Shown in pieces: positions 13,692 through 26,507 of a stretch of 64,000 nucleotides of DNA. The stretch covers positions 48,396,193 through 48,460,192 of the forward strand of contig NC_068990.1 in assembly GCF_001194135.2 (NCBI RefSeq). The letters are read 5' to 3'. The translations under genes were made by a program, and so were the position numbers. Below the pieces are notes generated by a model, which had not been told where the DNA came from, made no database searches, and worked only from the letters and a program-made list of their open reading frames with translations. Position 1 is the first letter of the stretch. The number at the start of each line of letters is the position of its first letter. This DNA is from Octopus bimaculoides (taxonomy: Eukaryota).

Positions 13692-14309
13692 GTATAGAAA
13701 ATACAAAAATTGGAACAGGACTACAAAACATCCAGACAGTTAAGTGATACAAAAAAGGAACAACAAAATATCCAGACAGATGATACAAGGAAAACAAGGA
13801 CGGGTCATTCAGAGTTTTCTATCCTCATTCAAGTTCCAGATTATCTTTGGAATTTTGGCTGGTTATACTCGAGATTGCTCCAATCTGGCCAGCCCCAAGG
13901 AAAAAATAAGCTAAGAGCATTAGATTCCTTGGAAGAAAGCAGCAAATGTATATGGAGACAAAAATGGAAAGAAACAGAGAAATGTTACACAAATACAAAT
14001 GCAATTATCGGGACATAACAACAGTTGTCTTTTGACTAAGGATGAATTAAATTTAGCTGGCATGTGTGGAAGTAAAGCCCTATGGCGGGGACAATGCTCT
14101 TAGCTTATTTTTCCCTTGGGGTTGGCCAGATTGGAGCAATCTCAAGTATAACCAGCCGAAATTGCAAAGATAATCTGGAACTTGACTGAGGATAGAAAAC
14201 TCTGAATGACCCGTCCTTGTTTTCCTTGATTCATCTGTCTGGATATTTTGCTGTCCCTTTTATTGTATCACCTATCTGGATGTTTTGTGTTCTTGTCCCA
14301 TTTTTGTAT

Positions 14310-14317
<8 letters not shown>
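13692..14317. repeat. Long inverted repeat: arms 13692-13921 and 14093-14317, ~170-bp spacer, flanked by (TA)n
   Basis: ggacgggtcattcagagttttctatcctca..caagttccagattatc ... aagctaagagcatt is mirrored as aatgctcttagctt ... gataatctggaacttg..tgaggatagaaaactctgaatgacccgtcc. Confidence 0.9.
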
Positions 14318-14347
<30 letters not shown>

Positions 14348-15049
14348 TGTATATACGGTTGAAATATATATACATAGAAATAATTGTACCTCATATACAG
14401 AAAAACAGCAAATGTAAATATAATATAATGTAAGCAATGAAATAGTAATTAGTGCCCAGGAAAAGTAATATTTCAAGCAAACTAAAGCTTGATGCAATAG
14501 ATGTTACAATTCATATACATAGAGACAGTTTCTAATAATCATTAAATTAAATATATATTTCCTGTTGACCTTATTTGGGGATTTGTGATATCAAGGAAGA
14601 AAACTTTGGCTTGGAAGACTATTGATTTTTTTTATATACTAGGCACAAAACAGGGAGTATATACAAAGAAATGAACGAATCTCACTATATTATTGTAACA
14701 CATTTTGCTAATTCTTTTGAGATGAAAGACCAAATAAATCTCATTGATATTTGAACTGATAGCATGGAAAGACAAAACTAAGCATAAATAGTATACACTA
14801 CCGTCTCTGTAAACTGATGTCAACAAGGAAACACAGCTTATAGACTAAGTGTTATTTATGTATGTATGAGAAGGTAAAATTTAGACAAAAGTGATCATGC
14901 ATGCATGTCCTAAATGTCAATGAGATTGAAGCCAAAGAATAAAAGAAAATTGTAAATTGATTTACAAAATAAGAAGAAAAAACCTCACAGGATATGATAT
15001 TAAATCAGAGTATGTTTGGATGTACTTTATAAACAAGATAATGTAAATT

Positions 15050-16780
15050 CAAGGTGGTGGAAGATGACACAGAATACATGGTAGATAATCAAAAAGATAA
15101 GTAAATTTACAAAATAGTGAAGCTATAACTCCTCTGAAAGAATTCACACTGAGTGAGGAAAAATGGGAATATTTCTTACTTGAAAGTAAGTATTTAGGAC
15201 AAATTATCGACAGGAATGGACAATGACCAGACCCGTCGAGGGCAGGTGCAATTAAAAATATGCCACCTCCAACTAATACACTGAACCACAAAAGAAATGT
15301 GAGATGTGTGTGACTGTGAAATATTTTAACTTCATTTTGTCAGAGATAACTTTGGATAAATCTGATAAAGTCAATTTCTTGGATGCATTTCTATGGGTTA
15401 TTGTCATGTGTTCTGGTAGTGGATGGATCCAGCACATCAAGATTGTCGGGTATGACATATTCAATACCATGTATGCTCTCCCTGGGTGTTCAGAATGCCC
15501 AAACATCGTTGGTACATGGAGTGCGTGAGGCGGTTCACAAAAGCCATTAGCACCTGTGCCCACACCCTGAGGAAAGCTGCCTCCAGTTCCACATGGGTTG
15601 TCAGCCTTGGGACCACCTGTTTCAGCCATCTCTGGATTTCTTCCCACAGGTGTTCAATTGGCTACAAGTTCAGCCACAGCATGGTTATGATGTTGTGCTG
15701 ATGCAGGAAGTCCATAAACCAACATGTCTTGGAATATTTACACTTACATCCCTGATACAAATTTTCAGAATTTACCATATAAAAACGACATTTTAAAAAA
15801 TCATGTTTCTTTTGCAGTTCAGTGTATAACTTACCTTACAAGCTTTTCTAGGTCTAGTGAATTATTATCAAAATTATAATGATTTGCTAAAAAAGAATGT
15901 GAAGTGGAATGGTCAAATAATTGTCAAAAAATGTTTGACAATATTAAAAACTATTAATATCAGATTTGTTGCTGGCTCATTTCAATCCTGCAGCAGAGAT
16001 TGTTGTAGCTTCTGACACTTCTGAATATGGCATAGGAGCAATATACACAAGTATAAAGACGGTAATATGAAGGCAGTGGTTCATGCCTCACATTCTCTGA
16101 TAGTAGCAGAGAAAAACTGTAGTCAAATAGAGAAAAAAGTTCTAGCAATCATTTTTGCCATGAAGGTATTTCACAGATTTTTGCACAGTAGAAGTTTTCA
16201 GCTACAAATTGATTACCAACCATTATCAATTTTTGGGTGAAGAAAGGAATTCCTACCCATACTGCAAATAGGACACAATGCTGGGGTATGATATTATTGA
16301 ATTACGACTTTAAAAGAGGTTAAGCCATGCAGATTGTTAATCAAGGCTAATTCCAAAAAATATGGAACTATTCAAAGATACTGTGACTGCTGCACTGCAA
16401 ACAGAAAATGAAATAAAAAAACATTTTGTGTATCATCATTTGGGAGCTGCCAGTAACTGTTCAAGATATAAAATTAAAATCAGACAATGACAAATTCATT
16501 GCAAAGATGAAAGAAATATTGAAGATAAAAGAAAGTAAAAATATACATAACACAAATGTGAAACATTTTTCTCTGTGTGATAACGTGTTGATATACGCAC
16601 AAAGAATTGTAGTGCCAGCTGCGCTACAAAAGTATATATTAAGTGAATTTCATATGGGACACCCATGGATTTCAAGAATGAAATCAGTAATGAGGAGCTA
16701 TGTGTACTGCCCTATTATGGACCATGATTTTGAACAATTGCTGAAATCCTGCAGAGGTTGTGAGAATGGACTAGCCGATC
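15050..16780 (+). mobile_element. Decayed Ty3/Gypsy pol fragment (RT end, RNase H, integrase Zn-finger), interrupted by a Tc1 element
   Basis: KYLGQIIDRNG, MPPPTN, QAFLGLVNYY, VVASDTSEYGIGA, AEKNCSQIEK, HMGHPWISRMKSVMRSYVY...KSCRGC (HHCC). Confidence 0.88.
15279..15824 (-). mobile_element. Internally deleted Tc1-family transposon
   Basis: TIR CACTGAACCACAAAAGAAA vs CACTGAACTGCAAAAGAAA; TA at 15277-78 and 15825-26; transposase C-terminus PIEHLWEEIQR...MYQRCLGILNTQGEHTWY. Confidence 0.9.
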
Positions 16781-17053
16781 TTGTATAAAGTAGTAGCATG
16801 TTTGACTGAGGGTAAGAGATGAGAAATTGCAGGAAATCGAAAGGTGTTGTTTGTGAGTTCATGGAATTGCAAGAAATTATTGAGAAGTTGCTATAGTTTC
16901 TTGAGGATTGTTTTGGATTAGTTACAGTTGTTGGTAGAGTATTTGGGAATACATTAAGTGGAGACAGTTGGTGTCTACCCTGTTCTGCAGTACTATATAT
17001 CACACTATGTTAGTGCACGACACTAAGGTGACATATACAGAAACCACGCCATA

Positions 17054-17096
<43 letters not shown>

Positions 17097-18424
17097 AGGG
17101 AGAAGAATTTCTAAGAATACAGAAAGTTGGAAAGCTGATTACCAGATGTATTTAACTTGAGATTGTTAAATTAAGGAACTAAGAAATAAAGGAAAAATAA
17201 TTTTTTTTTTTTAGTTTTGAATTATAATAAAAAAACTTTTCACTTCTCAGATATTTACATAAAAGAACAAATATTTACATTGCTTACTATATTCAATTTA
17301 TTTAAGATATGTTTATCCAATGTAACATATATTCAATTTGGACACCATGTGAGCAGCCAAAACAAACAAAAACAAAAGTACTAAAGATGGCCAAGTAATA
17401 GCCAAGCACTGGACTCCAGGGCATAACTGTATTTAGCTTTGTTCCTTTCTGTTCTGATCAGAATCTCATCAGATATTGGCTTTAGTTTCCATCTCTCTAA
17501 CTAAGGCTGATAAAATATAATGGACTCAATTTAACTGATTATAGCATTTCTTTATAAAAATAAGCTTGGAGCCCAGATACATGAAATAACACCAAAAATA
17601 TAAATAAATATGTGAATAAGAGGCAAACCTTTTATAGAATATTTCTTGGCTAAAATGTCTATTGTCATTTTCATATGCATTTCAGCTATATTTATTTAAG
17701 CATGTGATTTTAAGTTAATATTCAAGAAAATTAGTTTTATATTCTAATTATAAGAAATAAAAGTTAAATATTTGGCTTCTTATGATTATGCAAGAGTTCA
17801 ATCACTATGACTCCAGTAAAATACAGCACTTATTTCATCAACCTCAGAGGTGTTTCAACCTATGTTTTGAATTTGAACATAAATTTATGAAACTAACTAT
17901 TGCAAGTTTGAATACCTATTTAGAATGCCAAGCCTTAGTAAACTAAAATAATGAATTAAAATGAGAAATAAACAGATATCTTTTGAACTTAGTACACATA
18001 ACAAGGTGAAACAAGCTGCAACAATAAAAACTAAAATGCAAATAATCATTTATGATCAGTTAAACTAGTTAGACTGTTGATTGGCAGCCCAGTCAAGATG
18101 GTATTTCTTCTTCTCCTACTCTTGTTTTTTGCACACATATACAAAATGACTTTCTAAATTGAAATTCCATTATGCAGCTGAGGAGTACATTTTCATTGCA
18201 CATTTTATGTGGTGTTCTCACTACATAAATAAATGAAGTTTGTATGAAACGTACATACTGCTATAACCTATTGAATTTTTGTTGCTTTTCTTCAAATTTT
18301 ATTCACCAAATCTCTTGATTTTGTTTTTGGTTTTTACCCTACCAAATTCTGGTGCCTCAAACATTTTAAGTACCACACTTAATCTTTTGATTAAATCTAT
18401 ATCATTATATATATACATGTATAT

Positions 18425-18728
18425 NNNNNNNNNNNNNNNNNNNNNNNNNNNNNNNNNNNNNNNNNNNNNNNNNNNNNNNNNNNNNNNNNNNNNNNNNNNN
18501 NNNNNNNNNNNNNNNNNNNNNNNNNNNNNNNNNNNNNNNNNNNNNNNNNNNNNNNNNNNNNNNNNNNNNNNNNNNNNNNNNNNNNNNNNNNNNNNNNNNN
18601 NNNNNNNNNNNNNNNNNNNNNNNNNNNNNNNNNNNNNNNNNNNNNNNNNNNNNNNNNNNNNNNNNNNNNNNNNNNNNNNNNNNNNNNNNNNNNNNNNNNN
18701 NNNNNNNNNNNNNNNNNNNNNNNNNNNN
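18425..18728. other. Assembly gap (others: 7837-7846, 31486-31850, 32524-32970, 49784-50317, 57188-57197)
   Basis: Runs of N, mostly bordered by microsatellites. Confidence 1.
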
Positions 18729-18749
18729 AAAAAAAAAAACAACAAAAGT

Positions 18750-18983
18750 CTTAAAACGTGTGCGTCGCTAGAAGGGGACTTAACTCTTGTTTGTAAACAA
18801 TGGTAGCTTTTTCTCCGACTTGAAAATTGTTAAAAGTTATGGTTGAAAATCGATTTTCACAGCTATACGCGGGTGCCTCTGAGAGAAAAAGTTGACGAAA
18901 ATGCAGATAGGGTCATGACAAATGTCCTCCTCAAATTGGAGCGACATGCGTGCTAATTTGTAGACGTGCATAAATTATATTTC

Positions 18984-19024
<41 letters not shown>

Positions 19025-19042
19025 CTTGCCTTTTATAGATAC
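18750..19042. mobile_element. Probable Helentron-associated (HINE/DINE-like) or other non-autonomous element 3' part
   Basis: CpG-rich body, internal (CA)n, end cttgccttttatagata; the 5' part is lost in the gap. Confidence 0.4.
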
Positions 19043-21907
19043 GGATAAGAATTAAGTTTGACAGAATATGAATGTTTAATTTTTAAAGGTTATGTTGTAT
19101 AAATAAACTCTTAGGGAGCCAATTTGGCAGGAATCTTGAGTAAAGTAACATTAAGCAGTCAATACGTAACATATACTTTGTCTTTTTCTTAAACAGGGCC
19201 TTATTAATGAAAGCGGAACTAGGTTTTATATTAAATGAGAACCTTAATTAGTTGAGTAAAACGTTCTACTGAGAAAATGAAATTTAAATGGGGATTAAGA
19301 ATTTGAAGCCTTTTAATTCTTTTTATCAAGAAAATATAAGCAAACAAATTAGAGATGTTGGTACTTGAAAACCAATGACATAGCATTTTAACAAAAAGTT
19401 AGAAATTATAGTATCTACAGACATCATGTCATCTTAACTCCTTTTTTACAGGCATTAGAGGTTTATATGAAGTAAAATCTCTTCTTCTCATCACAATTAA
19501 AAATAATGATTTGCCTTTATTTTAAATTAGCAAAAAAGAAAACCAAAAGAACTTTTTATAGTATACTACTTGTACATTTTCTCTTAAAGGGACTGAAATT
19601 CAGAATGTAGGAGGACAAAGCTAATTACAATATAGCATTTTAGTCTCATGCTCTTCTATGTATACCAATTTGCCTCTATGCAAATTGATAGTACTCATCC
19701 TAATTTCATCAGAAAATAAAGACAGCATTTCTTTCAATGAAAAAATATGTGTTCAGTTTGACATAGAAATTCTTAAGTGCTCAGAAGAAACACTTAAATC
19801 AATTAGATATAAAAGGTTACTTTATTTACAGAAATAATTTGTAATATATGATAGAGAAATACAGAACAGTCTCTGAAGTGAAGCTAAGGAATTAGTTGTC
19901 TAAATATGGGTTTAATTCTTATCACTGTTATTTTAATCAGGATCTTAGGCAAATCACATTAATATTCCATTTGCTCTCGTCAACCTACTCAATAATAATA
20001 AATACATCTTCTAATCAATATCAAGATAATTAACATTCAAAAAACTGCCTAGGAGCAAAAGCACTTGCTCCAACAATTCTTAGTCTAACATGATTTGCAA
20101 CACTATAAGACCTATGTTTGCATGAAACCAATATAGAAGAAAATAATGAATAAACAATAATTAACACATAGTTGTATGCATGTGTAAGTGTAAAGTTGGA
20201 AACTTGATTATCTAGATATACTTAATTTGAGATTAGTAAATTAAGGAAGTAAAGAAAGTAAAGAAAAAAAACAATTCTTAGAAATTTTTTTTAGGTTTGA
20301 ACTATTTATGTAAAACAAGAAATATTTACATAATTATTTACATCTAGTATACTTAGATAGCAACAAAAAAATTAATGAAGAGTGCTAAACATGGTCATTG
20401 TTTTATGTGCATGTGCGTGTGTGTGTGTGTGTGTTGTACATATAAAGAGTCCAAGCTATACTCTTCCATTCAGCTGTGTCTGATGACTGTTAATTTACTT
20501 TCCCTTACTTGGAAGGTTCTTTAACATGAACTCATTCAACAACATGAATTAGCTGTTATGAATCTAACTTTAAAGTACTATATAAATAATATACCCATTC
20601 TATTGCCTAATATATGAGTGTCTGATATATTTCTAACTTATGAAAGTTTATGGGCAAATATATACACACACACACACATACAAACATTTATATACACACA
20701 CATATATTTATATATATACAAACATATACACACATATATACACACACAAACATACACAATGTATATAAGAGGTGGAAAAGAGTGATGACCAGAGAAATAT
20801 CAATATACATAATTGTAAGTGTGAACACTCTGAAAAAAAAAATGAAACGACATTTGATTAATAACAAACACAGTAAGTGTGAACTTAGAGGTACCAGTCT
20901 TCTGGCCATAATCCGAAGTTGAAGAATTAAAAATCTATGAAAGATCTATGAAAACATGGATGGTAATACACCAAGAAGAGAGAATCATTGAAATTTTCCA
21001 CATACACTTATATTTTTATGAAGAAAATAAAGTGTCATGCATCTTGAATCAAATTATAGTAAAACAAAGCTACAGTTGCATACTCAATATTGTTCTAATC
21101 ACCAAGTGTCCCAATAAAAATATAATGGACACATATGAAAGAAGGATTCAAAATGCAATGGCATTAAGGAAAAATATGAGTGCCAATATTATAGCTGAAA
21201 AAGCATCAGTCAAGTGAAAACAATCCTTCAAACACATTTTAAAAAGTTGTCTGAACCAATATAAAAGCTCATGAAGTAATTGATGATGCTTGAAACTGCA
21301 CCCACCACCAAAAGTAGTGTAAATGAAGAAAATCATAAAAAAAAGACTGCTTGATAGCATTTAATTATTTTTTTAAAATTGTTATTTACTATGATATCCA
21401 TAGTTATCCTTGTTCCAAGGCCTCAGTAGTTAAGGGGCAGTTTAGCTCCATATGAAAGTTTGCAAAAGGGATAATTTTTAACAATATTGTAAGAACTGAA
21501 ATAAATTTAGATATTACAAAGCCTCACTGTAGGTAAAATAAAAATGTAAATGCATTCATTCTATTCTTTTAATGTGTGGGGGAAAAAGGGAATAAATCTC
21601 CTGACTGACAGTTTCATGGTTTTTTGAACACACATCAGAAAAGATATACCCAGTTTGTATGACTGATATTGATTGTAGAAGGAAGCTGGATATGTGTTCT
21701 CTGAGGAGTAATCAACAAACCATGAAACAGTCTCTGTCAGAAGATTCCTACTCTCTTTTCTCCTACACATCAATAACTTGAAAGAATGTGTTTTACATTC
21801 TTAATTCACCCACAATGAAGCTCAGTAATATTTAAATTTATTTCAGTTCTTCTAATTTATGCTATTCTGTGCATAAAAATAGTTTCATAATGTTGTAATC
21901 AAATAAA

Positions 21908-21969
21908 GACTTCTTCAACTGGACAATTTCACAACTAAGCAGTTGAGGAACTGTCCAGTTGAAGAAGTC
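21908..21969. repeat. 62-nt hairpin (29-nt arms, 4-nt loop)
   Basis: gacttcttcaactggacaatttcacaact-aagc-agttgaggaactgtccagttgaagaagtc; outer 18 bp perfect. Confidence 0.9.
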
Positions 21970-22134
21970 GTTATTAGCTTACAACATATTATTAAGCAAA
22001 GCAATAAATAACATGACCCCATGGCACCTATTCACTTCTGGTTGTTTGAGTTAGTGTGAATTTAAATGTAATTATGTCCAATAACACAGATATGATGTGA
22101 ATTTTCTTCTAGTCAGTAAACCAGTAAAATAATC

Positions 22135-22325
22135 TTTTCTACTCTAGGCACAAAGCCTGAAATTTTGGGGGAGGAGACCAGTCAATTAGATCGACCTCAG
22201 TATGCAACTGGTACTTAATTTATCGATCCCAAAAGAATGAAAGGCAAAGTCAACCTCAGCGGAATTTGAACTCAGAACATAAAAACAGATGCTAATGTTT
22301 CTGCCAGCTTGCCACCTTAACCCAG
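22135..22325 (-). mobile_element. SINE family A copy
   Basis: Reverse complement of the family A body (aaggcaaagtcaacctcagcggaatttgaactcagaac). Confidence 0.85.
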
Positions 22326-23189
22326 TAAAATAATGACTCAGAAACCATGCTTGACCTTGTAGTTTGATACCAGTAATATATGATTGGTATTCTATTCCTA
22401 CACATATAAATGTATTTACTTTGTATACTTCTATCACACACATATATCAAGCATTCTTAAGTTTTTGCACAAAACAAACACATTTTCTATATCACAGAAT
22501 TCCTAATTCTTTTGCCATTCCTTCTAGATATCAGAAATTGGTCTGGATTACAGAATAAGATAGGCCGTTAATTCCAACACCAGAGTATACAAACTGCTTA
22601 ACAACGCATGCAACAACGCTAAAAAAAGAACATAAATGAAAGAGGATTAAAGAAATAGGTGAATGAGCAAGTTAGTAGAGGATAATAGTCAAGTAAAGTA
22701 ACATGTTATAAGCAATATAAACATTTTCCATTGAATGTAAAAGCTGATTAAAGGAGAATTCAGAAAGCAGAACAGATGTGGATTATGTTCAAATAAATTA
22801 TCTTGAACTTGGGTGATAACAAAAACAGTGAATTTTTCTGCAACTGTTATTTCTGTGATTATTCAAAAAACAATTTCCCAAGATTAACTTGTATTTTATT
22901 TACAAGTTATTAGCATTTGTCTTTTAAAATACTTCATAGACATTCAAAATTAGTCTTTAGTAAAATATTTTTTACTTCCATAGTTATTAATATTTTTCTC
23001 AAAACCTTTTCATTTATAATTAAAAAGAATCATAAAAAAACATTAACCGTGATATGTTTTTATCAAGTATAAAAATATTTTAGCAAATTCAGTAGATGAA
23101 GTTGAAATATAGAGTTGAAAGTTTTAGAGCAGAAAACAGCAAGGTTTAAAAAATATATATTGCAAAGCTAAGATAATAAAAATTCTAAC

Positions 23190-24050
23190 CTGTTTTCTTT
23201 GTTTGTAAGACATCATCTTTTGATGGAAGATCCGTGACAAAATAGGAATCAATCGGCTGTTCATTGTCTGACCCATCTGATGAGGGTATATTCCTGGACA
23301 CAGAAGATGGACTTAAAGGAAACAATTCTTGTTCTGATCCAGTATCTGCTTGATAAGACGTTGGAATTTTACCACTGTCAATTGAGGCAGAAATGTTTTG
23401 TGTAGTTAGTGCAGAGTGGCTACCATCAATGGATAGTGACATATTTTTTGGAGAAGATGGACTAGATTTTGCCAGATCTAAAAGTCGTGGTTTAGAGTCA
23501 ACCTGGAGTGATAAGCCTGGTGATGAAAATTTTGGGCTGCTTTGTTCAATTTCATTACTATTAGATGAGCTTCCAGCCATATTATTGCTTGGTTGCTTTT
23601 CTTGTGCAAAATTTGACACTGGAGAAAGTTTTTTGTGGCCATTCTGTTCAACCCCCATGTCTCCTTCAATAGTTTTGTCTTGTGTGGACAGAGATGATGT
23701 TGATATGTTCCCAGATTTTTTGGCAGCAGAAAGTATTGGTGAGGTGGCTATGGAAGAGCTTGAGTCACTGTCTGAATCTCGATATGGCCGACTACTAACC
23801 CTCTTAACACAAACGCGTTCTTTCTCTTCACTAGGGTTGCCGCCTCCATATGACCCAATGAGGCGAGACAGTCGGAAGCTGTCTGCTTCAGAAGGAAAAC
23901 CAACACGTTCTACCTCTGTGTCATGCAGTGTTGAACCTCCAACTGGTGAATTCTCCTGACTACTGTCTCTTTCCAGTTCATCAGGTGGCGGTACACTTCC
24001 ATTTGTTATTGCTCGACGGATTTCTTCTGTTACAGCTTTGCCAGCATTTC
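23190..24050 (-). CDS. Large symmetric (phase 1-1, 861 nt) internal coding exon encoding a Ser/Pro/acidic low-complexity region: GNAGKAVTEEIRRAITNGSVPPPDELE...SYFVTDLPSKDDVLQTKKT
   Basis: Acceptor ttcctttggtgcag|GA at 24051/24050, donor CAG|gttaga at 23190/23189, length divisible by 3, stop-free, GC clearly above the flanks. Confidence 0.85.
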
Positions 24051-24717
24051 CTGCACCAAAGGAAAATATTGAAAATTATATTTTAATTAAATAGCTTTAA
24101 AACATAAAATGGCATGCATGATATTTATTTTATTTGCACCTGTGTAAAACCTTATTCAAAAAGTCCAACGTAAGAAAATCATGATGTGAAAAGAACCAGC
24201 TAATAGCAGTAAAAATACTACAGTAGCAAACAGTAGAAATGTTGTTGCATACCCCCAAGTTAGCCCTGATTCAGCTAACAAAAATTCTAGCTGTTGTAAC
24301 ACTTTTTCAAATATGTATTTAGGACTACATTATCCAATGTGTAAATATCAAAATTTTCTGTTTGGATGTTATTTTCAAACAACTCTGAGACCTACGAAAC
24401 AAAATTGCTCCTTTTAAAGCGTTCATATTCAAATTAAACTGCCCATCATAATTTTAACACCAGTTTGATATAGAAATAAATGTAAAAGTTAATTACTTGA
24501 TTAATTCCCTCTGAATTGTTGACTATATTCAAAATTAAGGGAAGCTCAAGCAGCAAATTTCATAAGGAATATTTGGTCATAATTTCATATTATTTCACTT
24601 GAATATCTCATCTCAATACTTTAAAATACCAAACTACATTTTAATTACAAATTTGTTTGGTTCACTACTAGAATATTGTTCTTCCTTCCCTCTTCATATA
24701 TTTTCTGCTACTGCCAG

Positions 24718-24792
24718 CTAAGTAGAACAGATGTTCAGAATCACTAAGTGAAACAGATGTTCAAAATCGTTAAGTAGAACAGGTGTCCAAAC
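24718..24792. repeat. Three degenerate 26-bp tandem units (ctaagtagaacagatgttcagaatca)
   Basis: Direct reading. Confidence 0.8.
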
Positions 24793-25734
24793 AAGTATAC
24801 AAAACAATGTCAGTAACAATATATGAATTCTTGATTTGTTTTTAACAAATAGGTTGACACCTTATTTACTGGGATGATATATCTCAAATAATTCATTTGA
24901 GATCATTACTACATACTTATCTGTTATTACTATAAGTTTTCCTCCTTCTCATTGCTAAAACTTGAATGTTTGTAATGAGTTGGAGCAGTTTTGTGCATTA
25001 TATTTCATGAATTTAGTGTACTGAAAAAGTAATATACATGTGGTTCTTTGCAAAATGAACCAGTCCAATTTTCCATGATCAATAAACAACCTCTCAAAAT
25101 TAAATTGATTATTACATTTAACAACACTTGAAAGCCATGAACTTTCAAGTTGTGAAACAGAAATAAACTCCAAATTTTACCATATGTGGCTGATTTGGAG
25201 AAGGAAACAAATATTACTTCAAATAATTGTACAGAACAATATCAAATACTTAATAAAGAAAACTAAGTCAACTTTCAGTACACTCACTGTTTTGACAGGG
25301 AATATCTGAGTATGCTCTTGAGTGAAATGTAGAAATTGGCAATATTTGAACAGTTATTGAAATTTAAGAGTTAATCATTTTTTTCTTCTCTTTTTTGCAC
25401 AGTTTTAAGCACAAATAAGTACCCTTAATTAAATTAACAAGTCCAAATCAAAAACAATTTAAAATAGAATAGAACACCCCATTATCTGTTTAGTTAACTG
25501 CAAGTTGATATAGAAATGAAGTTATAAAACATATAGAATAATTCACAATTAGCTATTTAGATAATGATTTGTTCACATCTTTAAGGGAGTAATTATAGTC
25601 AATTAAAATTGTTTTGTATTACTACAAATATTCCACTGTACTATTTAAAAATATATCCTGTTATCCCAATAAGGTCCATTAAGTTATAGCGATAATAATA
25701 ATTTCTTCAGTATTGGTACATAGCCTAAAAACTG

Positions 25735-26215
25735 GAGGGAAGGGTTAATTGATTAACAGGTACTTTAGTTTATCAACATCAGACGGATGAAAGGCATATC
25801 AGCAGGATTTGAAGTCAGAACATAAAGAACCAGAAGAAACACTACAAGGCATTTTTTCCCAGTACTCTAATGATTTTGCCAATACTATTACTAATAATTG
25901 CTATTTATTATTTAGGCGCAAAGCAAGCATTGATGCTCTACATTGACAGTTTCTTTTATCAATCACAGAAGGATAAAAGGCAAAGCTGGCCTTGGCATGA
26001 TTTGAACTCAGAATATAAAGACCCTGAGTTCACACAATGTTAGTAATTTTGAGGCAGGAGGAGCTAATCTATTACATCAATCCCAGTACTTGGTTGGTAC
26101 TTTATTTTATTGACTCAAAAAGAATGTGAAGTTGACCTTGTCAGGATTTGAACACAGAATAAAGCAAGAAATGCTTCAAGGTTTTACTCCAGTGCTCTAA
26201 AGATTATCAATGGAT
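25735..26215 (-). mobile_element. Cluster of ~3 decayed SINE family A copies
   Basis: Repeated ggatgaaaggc / gatttgaactcagaa / gtactttattttattgac motifs. Confidence 0.7.
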
Positions 26216-26458
26216 GAGGAAGAAGAAGAGCAACAGCAACAAATAATTTATTATGATTTATATGGTTCTTGTAGCTTAAATTACATAACACTAAATTTGA
26301 TTGGCAACAGACCAGAAAAGATGGAACAGAAAAACATTTAACAATCCTTGCTAACAAATTGACACTGGATCAGTTTCCTGCTGACATATTTTATTTTCTT
26401 GCTTATTGGTAAACCAGATTGCAAATACTCTTTATACACAGTATGCATGAAATAACTA

Positions 26459-26507
26459 CAATGGTTGCAGGACAAATAGCAATGGTTGCCGGACAAATAG
26501 CAATGGT
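26459..26507. repeat. 21-bp tandem duplication (caatggttgcaggacaaatag x2.3)
   Basis: Direct reading. Confidence 0.85.

Noticed and set aside
14175-14230. Hammerhead-like string CTGAGGA-t-aga.aaac.tct-GAAT-gacccg-TC in the inverted repeat
   Set aside because: GAAT instead of GAAA in both arms and no pairable stem I; at most a remote relic
17400-17480. CTGATGA...GAAA on the minus strand around palindrome ttctgatcagaa
   Set aside because: Stem II register is off, and stems I and III do not form
23393-23959. 188-aa + strand ORF
   Set aside because: Shadow of the minus-strand exon, which has the splice sites and the longer open frame
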